A stretch of 64,000 nucleotides of DNA from Alphaproteobacteria bacterium (GCA_963555825.3 CAUVXB020000002.1:608001-672000); one strand, 5' to 3'; positions 51,465 through 61,786 are shown, numbered from the stretch's first letter. Program-made: numbers and translations. Notes: generated by a model not told the origin, from the sequence alone.

Positions 51465-51800
51465 ATGAAGACATCTCCATACTTTCGTCCACGCTGGCCC
51501 TGGGTCACGGCCGACCTTCAGACGATACGGAATGTTTTTCCGGGAAGGCTTTCGGGCATCCCGCCGAATTCCGGGCAACGTTTCGAGATACCTCTCCGTG
51601 ACGAAAGCGCGGACCTACTCGCCGCACGCTTCCACAACGGACGAAAGCCGGTTCCAACCGTGGTTCTGGTGCCCGGACTGGCTGGCTGCGAGGCAAGCCG
51701 GTACGTTCTGCAGTCGGCGGGCGTGTGGCTGGCAGGCGGTGCTCCGGTTGTCCGCCTGAACCTTCGGGGCTCGCCTCCAGGGCATCGTCAAGTTAACTGA
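51465..51800 (+). pseudogene. YheT-family alpha/beta hydrolase N-terminal fragment
   Basis: FRPRWPW...LQTI, VVLV.GLAGC..S.Y, VVRLNLRG; truncated. Confidence 0.7.
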
Positions 51801-51920
51801 TTGTAGGCTGTTTTCGGCATTTTCCATGAGGCTAAGCCATTGAAATTTTGTAGCGCAGCCATCGACAATTTAACGAGATTTCTGAGTAAATCCAGCTAAC
51901 TTGGCAATGCCCTCGCCAGT

Positions 51921-52020
51921 GTGGGCAGCCTGATTCTTGGCGCGGCGCCGGATTTCGAACCCAGGACCTACGGTTGCTCCAGTCTGAGCATGTTGGTCAC
52001 GAAGTCTGGCGGATTCCCTG
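51921..52020 (+). pseudogene. OST-HTH/LOTUS domain fragment (C-terminus of a NYN protein)
   Basis: GSLI....PDFEPRTYGC.SLS.LV...G.F. Confidence 0.55.
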
Positions 52021-52074
52021 GCACAACGAGTTCGCGCTCGCCTATGTCTACCTGGAACGCGCCTTCCCGCGATA

Positions 52075-52420
52075 GCCGAGCCCGGCAGTTCAACGCCCAT
52101 TATGACGACTATTGCTTCCAGCCCATCCATATCTTCGAGGCGGCCACGGGCAAGCCGGTGCTCTCGCTCCTGCGCCCCGGCAAGCGGCCCTCCGCGGAGA
52201 GGAGGTCGCCCAGGTCCTGAAACACGTCATCCGCCGCATCCGGCACAACTGGCCCCGGGTCCAAATCACCGTGCGTGGCGATGGTCATTACGGAACGCCG
52301 GAGGTCATGGAATTCCTGGAAGATCAAGGCTGCGGCTACATCTTCGGCCTATCCGGCAACGCCCGGCTGAGCAAGATCGGCCATCCGTGGTGCGAGGACG
52401 CGGCGGTTCGCCGCGCCCGT
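52075..52420 (+). pseudogene. IS1380-family transposase internal fragment (possible left end near 51777)
   Basis: FNAHYDDYCFQPIHIF, LRPGKRPS, VRGDGHY..PEVM, YIFGL.GN..L; frameshifted. Confidence 0.75.
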
Positions 52421-52479
52421 CCTCTGCCTCTTCCGTCAACTCCGACCGGCCGTAATAGAAATCGTTCAGGGCGACGATC

Positions 52480-52752
52480 ATGCTGACCGACGCCGACGCC
52501 TCCTTGTCGTCGCTCAGCGCGATCTCCTCCGAACTCGACCGGATGGCGCCGGGGTTGATCCCGGAATTCGTGCGTAATCTGAACGCCTGGACCAAATCTC
52601 GGCAAATCGGGAAACGCGGAAGCAGTGTTGCCCAGCCCCATGTCCGGTTTGGGCGAGAGGAGCCGACGGCATTCGGTCGCAAGGTGGGCCGCAACGAACC
52701 CTGTCCGTGCGGTTCCGGCCGGAAGTACAAGCGCTGCTGCGGCGCGCACTGA
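52480..52752 (+). pseudogene. SEC-C motif protein C-terminal part (YecA/UPF0149-like)
   Basis: [21 protein letters not shown]; APGLIP..V..LN.W. Confidence 0.65.
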
Positions 52753-52896
52753 CCGGTCATTGGCAATGAAGGGAGAGCTGACTTCGGTCGGCGGGCAGCG
52801 AGGCCGGCGACAATTCGTGGTAGTCGGTTGCAAGAACCGGGCCATGAACCGGCCGTGAATAGCAGGGCGGCACCACGGCGTCGGGGAGGAGAATAG

Positions 52897-52973
52897 ATGA
52901 ACAAGGCGGAAATGGCCGATCGCCTGGCCGCCCGGACCGGCTTGAACAAGGTCGGCGCAAGGGACGCGGATGA
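52897..52973 (+). pseudogene. hup: HU DNA-binding protein N-terminal fragment, truncated by IS66
   Basis: RBS GAGGAG; MNKAEMADRLAARTGLNKVGARDA. Confidence 0.65.
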
Positions 52974-53045
52974 GTACCCATCCGGCCAGGACCGCGGTGA
53001 GTTTACTTTTGGCCCGTGATGTTGGGCAGCATCGTGGAACGTGAG

Positions 53046-54666
53046 TTATGCGGCTAGTGTGTCGGCGGCCTGGGCCTGCTTCCAGTTCCAGGGGAGGAGC
53101 TCGTCGAGGCGCTGGGACGAATGGTCGGCGATGCGAGCGAGCACGTCGGCGAGCCAGGCCTGAGGATCGACGTCGTTCATTTTCGCCGTGACGATCAGGG
53201 TGTACATGAACGCGGCTCTGTGACCGCCACGGTCGGAGCCGGCGAACAGCCAGGCCTTCCTGCCGAGCGCGATACCACGCAGGGCCCGCTCGGCGGCATT
53301 GTTGGTCAGGCAAACCCGGCCGTCCTCGAGGAACCGGGCAAAGCCCGGCCAGCGTTTGAGCATGTAGTCCATGGCCTTGGCGACCGGGGCATGGCGGGAC
53401 AGCCGCGCGCGTTCGGCGCGCAGCCAGGCTTCGAGCTCGGCGAGCAACGGTGCGGACCGCTCGGCCCGGACCGTGAGCCGCCCCTCGGCGCTCAATCTAT
53501 TGATCTCCCGCTCGACGTCGAACAGGGCGTCGATCCGCGTCACGGCCTCAAAGGCCAGCGGCGAGATGATGGCGCCCGCCTTGCCCTTCTTCGCCCCCCT
53601 TTTTGCCGAGGCGGCGATGTCGGCCAGGACAAAGAACTTGCGCCGCGCATGGGACCAGCAGAGCGCCTCGGTGACCGGCCCCGGAGAGCGGCCAAGCGCA
53701 TACAGCCTGTTGTACCCGGCATAGGCATCGGCCTGCAGGATCCCGGTAAAGCCGGTCAGGTGCTTCTCGGGATGCGCGCCGGATCGATCGCGCGAGTAAT
53801 AGAACAACGCCGCCGGCGGATCGGCGCCTCCAGAGGGTGCATCGTCGCGCACATAGACCCAGGCCCGCGCCGTGTCGGTCTTGCCCTTCGCCAGCACCGG
53901 CACCGTGGTGTCGTCGCCATGAATGCGCTCGGCGGCCAGCACATGGGCCGCGATCAAGTCGTGGAGCGGTCGCAGCACGGTGGAAGCCGCCTACCTGGTC
54001 GGCCAGGGTCGACAGGCTGAGCTCCACGCCCTCGCGGCCATAGCGCTCGCTCTGCCGGTTCAACGGCTGATGTTGGCCATACTTCTCGAACAGGATCATG
54101 GCCAGCAGGCTCGGACCCGCCCAACCCCGCGGGGTCACATGGAACGGTGCGGGGGCTTGCAAGATCTTCTCGCAGTCCCGGCAGGTGAACTTCTCGCGTA
54201 CCGTCTGGACCACCTTCCAGCTGCGCGGGATCACCTCCAGCGTCTCGGTGATGTCCTCGCCCAGCTTGGAAAGCCGATCCGAGCCGCAACAGCCACAGAC
54301 CTCAGGCGCCGGAACCACCACGCGCTCGCGCGGCAGATGCTCCGGGAACGGCTTGCGCGATGGCCGCCTGCGAGTGAAAGACTTGACTGTCGAGGTCTTC
54401 GCGGCTGCCTGTTCGGCGGCGAGCTCGTCCTCGCTCGCGCGCGCCTCCAGCTCCTCGAGCTCCAGCTCCAGCTGGTCGAGCAGGCGCGCCTTGCGCTCCG
54501 AGCGTTGGCCGTAGACCTCGCGCCGCAGCTTCTCGACCATCAGTTTCAGGGCGGCGATGATCGCCTCGGCGTTCGAGGCCTTGGCCACCGCCTCCTCGGC
54601 CCGCGCCTCGGCGACCGCAAGGGCGGCGCGCAGGGCCTCGATATCGGACGCTGTGGCGCGGATCAT
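53046..54666 (-). pseudogene. tnpC: IS66 TnpC, frameshifted near 53985
   Basis: Two overlapping ORFs reconstruct TnpC (PEHLPRERV; IHGDDTTV; NNAAERALR). Confidence 0.87.
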
Positions 54667-54738
54667 AGCGCCGAGCGAATCATACCCGCCGGATTTGAGT
54701 CACGCTCTTTCTTGCGCGGCTCCGTCGCTTTGCCGCGG

Positions 54739-55086
54739 TCAACCCGCGCGCTCGGGCCGCCAGCTGCGCACCGGACGCCGCCAGTCGATCCCTTCGAGCA
54801 GATAACCGAGCTGGGCCGGCGAAACCGCGACCACGCCATCGGCTGGTGAGGGCCAGATGAACCGGCCGTGCTCTAGCCGCTTGGCGTAGAGCGAGGTACC
54901 CAGTCCGTCATGCCACAGCACCTTGATCAGATTGCCGCGACGGCCCCGGAATACGAACAGATCGCCGGCATAAGGATCGCGCCCCAGGGCCTCCTGGACT
55001 TGAAGCGTCAGCCCGTTCATGCCACGGCGCATGTCCGTAACGCCGGTCGCCAGCCAGACCCGAACCCCGGAGGGAACCGGGATCAT
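54739..55086 (-). CDS. tnpB: IS66 TnpB
   Basis: VWLATGVTDMRRG, LWHDG, KRLEHGRFIWP. Confidence 0.92.
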   Translation of the reverse strand: MIPVPSGVRVWLATGVTDMRRGMNGLTLQVQEALGRDPYAGDLFVFRGRRGNLIKVLWHDGLGTSLYAKRLEHGRFIWPSPADGVVAVSPAQLGYLLEGIDWRRPVRSWRPERAG

Positions 55087-55459
55087 CGCGCCTCTAGCGC
55101 CGCCACGACCCGCGCCAGCGCCAGGACATCGACATCGGCGCCAACCATGATCCGCTGGCCTGTTACGGTTACGATCTCCATGCGCCCAACAGCCGCAGCC
55201 GCGCCCAGCGGCGCTTCCTCGTCAGGCACGATCAGCGCCGGCGCAAAGCCGATCACCTCGTCGCGACCGCGACGAAACGCTTTGCGCCAGGAGAACAACA
55301 ACGAGGGCGAGATGTCGTGGCGACACGCGGTCGCAGATACCTGTCGGTGACCCTGGAAACTCTCCTCGACGATCCGCAGCTTCTCCGCCACGCTCCAGCG
55401 CCGACGGCGACCGGTGTTTACCACCTCGAGACGCTGAACCTGGAAACTATCCTTATGAA
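55083..55459 (-). pseudogene. tnpA: IS66 TnpA, 5' end cut by IS21
   Basis: GRRRRWSVAEKLRIVEES, HDISPSLLFSWRK, ALARVV.AL. Confidence 0.82.
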
Positions 55460-55666
55460 TGTCAATGGCGGAGCAAAAAGGGACCACCTCGGCGGTGTAA
55501 GAAGGGACCGCTTGGCGGCTGCGGGCTTGTCCCCGTAGTCCACGGGAGGGCCCCGCGCGCGACGCGGCGTGCCCTCAACAGGCTGACGCGGCGGCGCGCG
55601 CGGGAGGGACCTGTGGGCCCACGGGGTCAAGCGTGGAGCTATGTCCGAAAGTTGGTGACGGAGCTA

Positions 55667-56923
55667 TCAGGCGGCGTGTTTGGTTATCTTGATTCCGTCC
55701 TTGAACGGCACTCCTTCGACGAGTTCGGCGAGTTGATTTGATCCGTCCAGCTTCCGCCATTTCCGCCTGGCACTCAAGATCAGTTTGAAGGCCATGGCGA
55801 GCGCCGTCTTGCGGCTCAGGCACCCCTTGGTCTTCACGGTCCTCAGGCGCACCGTGGCGAAGGTGCTTTCGATGGGGTTGGTGGTGCGGATGTGCTTCCA
55901 GTGCTCGGCCGGGAAGTCGTAGAAGCTCAGCAGGCGTTCACGGTCCTTGACCAGGCGCTCTGCGGCCTTGTGGTATTTTGCGCCGTAGGCTGCGATGAAG
56001 AAGTCGAAGGCGGCTTCGGCGTCGGCCCTAGTCTCGGCCATCCAGATGTCGTGCAGATGGCCCTTGGCTTTGGCCTGCAGGGATTTGGGCATCTGGTTGA
56101 GCACGTTGGCGGTCTTGTGGACCCAGCAACGCTGCACCCTGGTCTCTCCGTAAACCTCGCGTAGCGCCTTCCAGAAGCCCAAGGCGCCGTCGCCGACGGC
56201 CAACTCGGGGCCGGTCTCCAAGCCCCGGCGCTTGAGATCAAGCAGCAGTTCCTTCCAGCTTTGCGCGCTCTCTCGATAACCGTCGACCATGCCGACGATG
56301 TCCTTGTTGCCCATGGCGTCGGCGCCGATGATCACCAGAACACACTGTTTGTCATGGTCCATGCGAGGCGAGAAGTAGACCCCGTCGGCCCAAAAATAGA
56401 CGTAGCGCCGAGCCGAAAGGTCGCGCTTTTGCCAGGCTTCGTATTCGTCCCACCAGACCGCTTTCAGCCGGCCAATGGTGCTGGCCGTCAGGCCCGGCGC
56501 GTCCGGTCCCAGCAGCGCCGCCAGGGCCTCCGAAAAGTCGCCGCTGGAGATGCCCTTCAGATAAAGCCAGGGCAGAAGCGCCTCGACCGACTTGGCGCGC
56601 CTGAGATAAGGCGGCAGGATCGATGACGTGAAACGGATGCGCCCGCCCGTGGCCTGTGGATCTCGGTCTCGCACTCTTGGCCGCTTCACCGTCACAGCTC
56701 CGATCCCGGTCTGAACCTCGCGTTCCGGCATGTGCCCGTGACGGACAATACGGCGCCGGCCCGAAGCGTCGGTCAAATCGGCATGGGCTTCAATATGGGC
56801 GGCAACTTCCGCTTCAATCGCCTGGCCAAGCAACTGCCGGGCGCCGGCGCGCAATATCTCCGTCAGCGGATCGTCGGAAAATGACTCTGGCTGGCGCAAC
56901 GCAACAACTGTATCGTCTTTCAT
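55667..56923 (-). CDS. IS256-family transposase
   Basis: YFWADGVY, AVGDGALGFW, QRCWVHK, TTNPIES. Confidence 0.93.
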   Translation of the reverse strand: MKDDTVVALRQPESFSDDPLTEILRAGARQLLGQAIEAEVAAHIEAHADLTDASGRRRIVRHGHMPEREVQTGIGAVTVKRPRVRDRDPQATGGRIRFTSSILPPYLRRAKSVEALLPWLYLKGISSGDFSEALAALLGPDAPGLTASTIGRLKAVWWDEYEAWQKRDLSARRYVYFWADGVYFSPRMDHDKQCVLVIIGADAMGNKDIVGMVDGYRESAQSWKELLLDLKRRGLETGPELAVGDGALGFWKALREVYGETRVQRCWVHKTANVLNQMPKSLQAKAKGHLHDIWMAETRADAEAAFDFFIAAYGAKYHKAAERLVKDRERLLSFYDFPAEHWKHIRTTNPIESTFATVRLRTVKTKGCLSRKTALAMAFKLILSARRKWRKLDGSNQLAELVEGVPFKDGIKITKHAA

Positions 56924-57002
56924 GGCGTATCCCTTTCTTCGGAAAATTGGCGTCTTCATCAACGCCAGGATACGCCGCCTTCATTCTCCATCACCAAGAT
57001 TC

Positions 57003-58803
57003 GACGGGGCGGTAAAAAGTCGATTCCTCATGAGAGTCGGCTGGATTATAATTGTGCATGTTTACTTTACGCGACCGACGGACTGGGGAATTGTTTGATC
57101 GCTGGTCCGATTTCGGGGACAAACGTCGGCGCCTGATGGAGCAATCCTGGGCCGGGGTTTTTCGGAACCATCTGCTTGTCGAACTTCCGGTTGACGATCT
57201 TTGCCGTCACCTTGATGAACGCATGGGCCGACCATCGAAGGATCTACACGTTGTCATCGGGGTCTTGCTTTTGCAGCAGCTGCACGATCTGAGCGATGCA
57301 GAGACCGTCGAGGCCCTGGCCTTCAATATGGCGTGGCACTATGCCTTGGACGTGCGCAGCGAAGCGGACAGCTATTTCTGTGAGAAAACCCTGCGCAACT
57401 ATCGCCGTCTGTTTATCGAACAAGGTCTCGATGAATTGCTGTTCCGGTGTTTGACGGATCGGCTGGTGCAGGGGTTCTCTGTCGATACCAGCCACCAACG
57501 CATGGATTCGACGGCCCTTCGTTCGGCAATGCGGGCGCTGACACGACTTGGTATCGTTGTTGAGAGCATCTCGAAGTTTGCCCGTGAGCTTGAGCGATAT
57601 CATCCCGGTCTGCACGAGCAGATCAGCAAGGAGGTGATCCGCCGCTATGTCGATCGCGAGGGTAATGGCGCGTTCGCGAATACGGCGCCGAGTGTTTCAA
57701 AACGGCGCCTCGGCGAAGCGGGTCAGTATCTCCTAGCCCTGGTGCTGCAATTCCGTGACACGGCGGCGGCAAAGCTTTTCAGTTTTGCGATCCTGGAGAG
57801 GGTTCTGCGCGATCAGTTCGAGATCGTTGATGATGAGTATGGCGATCGTGACGCAACGCGCGCCGCGATTCGAGATCCAAAGGATGTGCCGTGCGATACC
57901 GTCGGCAATCCGGCCGACCCGGACGCGAGCTACAACGCGCACAAGGGTCAAGGATACATGGCGCAGATCGTCGAAACCTATTGTGAAGATGTCAGTAACG
58001 AGGCGGTTGCCGCGACACCGGACCTCATCACCCACGTGGAGGTCCACAAGATGACGGTGCATGACGGCCATCGCTTGGCCGATGCGCTGGATGATCTGAG
58101 CGAGCGCGCGCTGACGCCGGCGGTGATGCTGGGTGATTCACATTACGGTTCCAGTGACAACATGGCTCTGACGCGCGAACAGAACATCAATCTCGTGGCG
58201 CCCGCGCGACCGCCGAAAGGCGCCGTCTCGGGACGGTTGACGTTGGAGGATTTCACTCTCAACGAAGAAGGCTTGGTCTTGCGCTGTCCCAATAACGTCG
58301 AACCGGTTTCAGCCTCGCTCGCCAAAGCCAAGCTGCAGGCCCGTTTCGACCTTTCCATCTGCCAAAAATGTCCCGATATACTGCGATGTCCCGTGCAGGC
58401 GGCCAAGCGTGACGGCCAATTTTCCCGCTTTCAATATACCCCGGCCAGGGCTGCCAACCAAAAGCGCCGGCTTTATGAACAAAGCGATGCCTTCCGCGAC
58501 GTCTACAGATGGCGGGCCGGCATAGAAGCGACCATGTCGCGATTAAAGTACCAGATGAACCTGGCTCACCTACGCATTCGCGGCATGCCGGCCATGCGCT
58601 ACGTGGTCAATCTGCGTGCCCTCGGCCTCAATATCCGACGCTGCGCGGCAATCGCACCATAAAAAACGAAGCCAAGGAGAAGCCAAGGATAGGTAATATC
58701 AGGTTTTATCCACCAGCAACGCGGAGACAGGCAAATATTCTTCACCGAACCGCAAAGACCTGTACAAGCACGCCATCGGCCAACAACTTTTTACCGCCCC
58801 GTC
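57003..58803 (+). mobile_element. IS1182/IS5-like element inserted in the IS256 left IR
   Basis: Perfect 18-bp IR GACGGGGCGGTAAAAAGT; 7-bp target duplication AAGATTC (56996-57002, 58804-58810). Confidence 0.88.
57058..58662 (+). CDS. DDE transposase (DUF772-like N-terminus, DDE_Tnp_1_6-like C-terminus)
   Basis: GRPS, LSDAE, RMDST, DPDASY..HKG.GY, LGDSHY, YRWRAGIEATMS.LK. Confidence 0.88.
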   Translation: MFTLRDRRTGELFDRWSDFGDKRRRLMEQSWAGVFRNHLLVELPVDDLCRHLDERMGRPSKDLHVVIGVLLLQQLHDLSDAETVEALAFNMAWHYALDVRSEADSYFCEKTLRNYRRLFIEQGLDELLFRCLTDRLVQGFSVDTSHQRMDSTALRSAMRALTRLGIVVESISKFARELERYHPGLHEQISKEVIRRYVDREGNGAFANTAPSVSKRRLGEAGQYLLALVLQFRDTAAAKLFSFAILERVLRDQFEIVDDEYGDRDATRAAIRDPKDVPCDTVGNPADPDASYNAHKGQGYMAQIVETYCEDVSNEAVAATPDLITHVEVHKMTVHDGHRLADALDDLSERALTPAVMLGDSHYGSSDNMALTREQNINLVAPARPPKGAVSGRLTLEDFTLNEEGLVLRCPNNVEPVSASLAKAKLQARFDLSICQKCPDILRCPVQAAKRDGQFSRFQYTPARAANQKRRLYEQSDAFRDVYRWRAGIEATMSRLKYQMNLAHLRIRGMPAMRYVVNLRALGLNIRRCAAIAP

Positions 58804-58845
58804 AAGATTCAGCTATAGCTCTCAAGCGTGGGCTGGGTGGTCGGT

Positions 58846-59610
58846 TCAGTTAGCAGTCGGGGTTTGACGCCTGCGGCTCTGGTTGAGCCTGTAGCTGTCA
58901 CCGTTCATCTCGAGGATGTTGACGTGGTGGGTGAGGCGATCGAGGAGCGCGCCGGTGAGGCGCTCGGAGCCGAACACCTCGGTCCATTCGTCGAAGGGCA
59001 GATTGGTGGTGACCAGGGTCGAGCCCCGCTCGTAGCGTTGGCTGAACACCTCGAACAACAGCTCGGCGCCGGTCTTCGACAGCGGCACGAAGCCGAGTTC
59101 GTCGACGATCAGAAGCTTGTAGGTGGCGAGCTTCTTCTGGAACCTCAGCAGCTGCTTGTCATCGCGGGCCTCGATGAGTTCGTGGACCAGCGCGGCGGCG
59201 GTGATGAAGCCGACCGAGAGGCCCTTCTGGCAGGCCGCCAGGCCGAGACCGAGGGCGATGTGGGTCTTGCCGGTCCCACTGTTGCCGAGCGCGATGAGGT
59301 TCTCGCGGCGCTCGATGTACTCGCAGCGGGCCAGCTCCAGGACCAGCGCCTTGTTGAGCGAGGGGATGACCTTGAAGTCGAAGCTGTCGAGGCTCTTGAC
59401 CACGGGGAAGCGCGCCGCCTTGATGCGCCGCTCGACCATGCGGCGCTCGCGGTCGATCAGCTCGAGCTCGGCGAGTCTCAACAGGTAGCGGACGTGATCG
59501 ACGCCTTCCGAGGCGCACTGCCGGGCGATCTTGTCGTACTCGCGCAGGAAGGTCGGCAGCTTCAGCGTCTTGAGGTGGTGGGCGAGCAGCACTTGCGGTG
59601 TGTCGGTCAT
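58846..59610 (-). CDS. istB: IS21 IstB
   Basis: Protein identical to copy 1. Confidence 0.93.
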   Translation of the reverse strand: MTDTPQVLLAHHLKTLKLPTFLREYDKIARQCASEGVDHVRYLLRLAELELIDRERRMVERRIKAARFPVVKSLDSFDFKVIPSLNKALVLELARCEYIERRENLIALGNSGTGKTHIALGLGLAACQKGLSVGFITAAALVHELIEARDDKQLLRFQKKLATYKLLIVDELGFVPLSKTGAELLFEVFSQRYERGSTLVTTNLPFDEWTEVFGSERLTGALLDRLTHHVNILEMNGDSYRLNQSRRRQTPTAN

Positions 59611-61106
59611 GCGCCGAGCCCCGACAGCAGGCTCATGTACGACTTGGCGGACGTCATCGCGACCCGGGCGCGCGGCAGATACGGATAGACGTCGAGGTTG
59701 AGCCTGGGCGGCCGCCGCTCGATGCGGCACAGTACCAGGTGCTTCACCGCATCAAAGCCGATTGCGCCGAGCCGCAGGGCGTCGCCGACCGCACCCTCGA
59801 CCTCCTCGAGCCGGAAGGTCTCCAGTAGACGGAGCACCTGGACGTACTCGCGCTTGCCTGCCTTGCCCATACGAGCTTCGAGGAGCCGCCGCAGAGTGAT
59901 GAAGGCCTCGGGCAGGTCCCAGCCCGCCAATGGCGCGGCCTGGTCGAGGGCGCCGATCTTCTGCTCGATCAAGGGCAGGTAATGCAGCGGGTCGAAGATC
60001 AGGTCCTCGCTGTCGTAGGACCGGCGGTGCCGGGCGATCACCTCGGCCCCGCAGCTGATCACCACCTCATCGACGTAGCCCCGGATGAGCACCTCACGGT
60101 GGCCGTAGGCCACGGGCACGGAATAGTCGTTGCTGCGGTAACGCACCAGCGACAGCGAACTCGCCCGTCCAGGGCGCTTATCGCAGGCATCATAGGGAGC
60201 AGGCGGCAATGGCAAGAGAACTTGACGATCCCGCTCGAGACGCTCGCCGATGGTCTCCTTGTGGCCCCGCAGCCGCGCCGCCTGGCGCCGGCGGCACTGT
60301 TCGGCGAGAGCATCGTTGAGGGCCGCGAAGCTCTCGGCACGCGGGACGGGGACCAGGAAGTTCCGCCGGATGAAGCCGACCAGTCCCTCGACCTTGCCCT
60401 TGTCGTTGCCCTTGCCCGGCCGGCCGAACCTGTCCTCGAACAGATAGTGGGACTGAAGCTCCGTGAAGACGCGCGTTCGCTGCCGCTTCCCATCGCCCAG
60501 GATCCGGGCAACCGCCAGCTTGGTGTTGTCGTACAGGATGGATCGGGGGACGCCGCCGAAGAAGGCAAACGCCGCGTTGTGGCCATCGCAGAATGCTTCG
60601 GTCGTCTCCGCCGGATAGGCCGCAACAAAGCAACCATCACTGTGGGGAAGGTCGAAGGCAAGGAAGTGGATCTTCCGTAACGCGCCGCCGATCACCGCCA
60701 TCGCTTCGCCGAAGTCCGCCTGGGCGTGACCGGGGGAATGGGAGAGTGGCACGAACACCTCACGCGACCGAAGCCCCTGCTCACGAACGTAGTCCTTCAC
60801 GATGGTGTAGCCGCCCGTGAAACCGTACTCGTCCCGGAGGCGGTCGAAGATGCGCTTCGCAGTGTGCCGTTGCTTGCGGTGGCTGGTCCGATCGTCTTCC
60901 AAGATCCGATCGATGATTCCCGTGAACGGACCCAGCTTTGGCCGCCTCGGCGGCGCGCTTCGGCGATACCCTGGCGGCACCGAGAACGACAGCATCTTAC
61001 GGACCGTCTTGCGGTCTACACCAAACACCCGCGAGGCCTCGCGGGTGCTCATCCCCTCGACATGACACGCCCGCCGAACCCGTGCGTACAACTCCACCCG
61101 ATACAT
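59607..61106 (-). CDS. istA: IS21 IstA
   Basis: Protein identical to copy 1. Confidence 0.93.
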   Translation of the reverse strand: MYRVELYARVRRACHVEGMSTREASRVFGVDRKTVRKMLSFSVPPGYRRSAPPRRPKLGPFTGIIDRILEDDRTSHRKQRHTAKRIFDRLRDEYGFTGGYTIVKDYVREQGLRSREVFVPLSHSPGHAQADFGEAMAVIGGALRKIHFLAFDLPHSDGCFVAAYPAETTEAFCDGHNAAFAFFGGVPRSILYDNTKLAVARILGDGKRQRTRVFTELQSHYLFEDRFGRPGKGNDKGKVEGLVGFIRRNFLVPVPRAESFAALNDALAEQCRRRQAARLRGHKETIGERLERDRQVLLPLPPAPYDACDKRPGRASSLSLVRYRSNDYSVPVAYGHREVLIRGYVDEVVISCGAEVIARHRRSYDSEDLIFDPLHYLPLIEQKIGALDQAAPLAGWDLPEAFITLRRLLEARMGKAGKREYVQVLRLLETFRLEEVEGAVGDALRLGAIGFDAVKHLVLCRIERRPPRLNLDVYPYLPRARVAMTSAKSYMSLLSGLGA

Positions 61107-61224
61107 CCCCCCCGCCTTCCAGTCAGAGCAACCCTGACAGAAGGCTATACGCGGTCCCATTTTGGTCCGCCGCAGCCGGATCGACCGGCCGCTTCAGTGG
61201 GGGATTATTGCTCTGCCGTTCTCA

Positions 61225-61485
61225 GCCATGGCCGCGCTGATCGCGGGCGATCGCCCACAGATAGTCGAGACGGGTCTGCCCGGTCCCCGGCGCCAGCACC
61301 GGTACCGTGGCCTCGTCCATGAACAGGCAGTCGGACGCCTTGAGGTGGTCGATCATCCGGTCGATGACCGGGAGCCAGGAACTGCACCCCGCGCCCGGCC
61401 CAGTTGCCCAGCATGGTGCGGTCGAGATCGATCCCCTCGCGCCGGTAGGCTTCAGTCTGGCAGTAGAACGGCTGGTGATCGGCAA
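61225..61485 (-). repeat. Inverted duplicate of the IS66 tnpC remnant at 30129-30389
   Basis: Same sequence, including the frameshift and the TTGCCGATCAC start point. Confidence 0.88.
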
Positions 61486-61651
61486 TCATCATGGGATGTC
61501 GTGACTAGTCGGTACATGTCATACGATAGATGCGATATTACATGGTGTTAGGGTCTTTTCGACCCGCCAGTCGACGACTATAATACACTCCGGTTTGCAT
61601 CCTGTGGGTACCCATGCGGTTCCCATAAGGCAACGAGAAACGGAGTGTGCC

Positions 61652-61720
61652 ATGGCCAAGATCACCAAACGAACCGTCGACGCCCTCGAACCCCGGGACC
61701 GTGAGCATGTCCTCTGGGAT
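61652..61720 (+). pseudogene. N-terminal fragment of an arm-binding tyrosine integrase, cut by IS3
   Basis: RBS GGAG; MAKITKRTVDALEPRDREHVLWD, then the IS3 end TGACCTGCCCCC. Confidence 0.75.
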
Positions 61721-61786
61721 TGACCTGCCCCCCAAAACCTGGCCCAGGCGGAATGTTAGTCTTGGGCCGTTGGAGAGGAGGTCAAG

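Larger units (their letters stand above)
52974..55459 (-). mobile_element. IS66-family element (left end removed by IS21; tnpC frameshifted)
   Basis: tnpA-tnpB-tnpC order; right end GCCGGATGGGTAC. Confidence 0.85.
55636..58821 (-). mobile_element. Second IS256-family element, nested in IS21
   Basis: IRs GAGCTATGTCCGAAAGTTGGTGA / GAGCTATAGCTGAATCTTGGTGA; 9-bp target duplication TCAAGCGTG (55627-55635, 58822-58830). Confidence 0.9.
55460..61224 (-). mobile_element. IS21-family element, copy 2 (inverted), carrying a nested IS256 and an IS1182/IS5-like element
   Basis: Near-identical to copy 1; interrupted downstream of istB. Confidence 0.92.
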
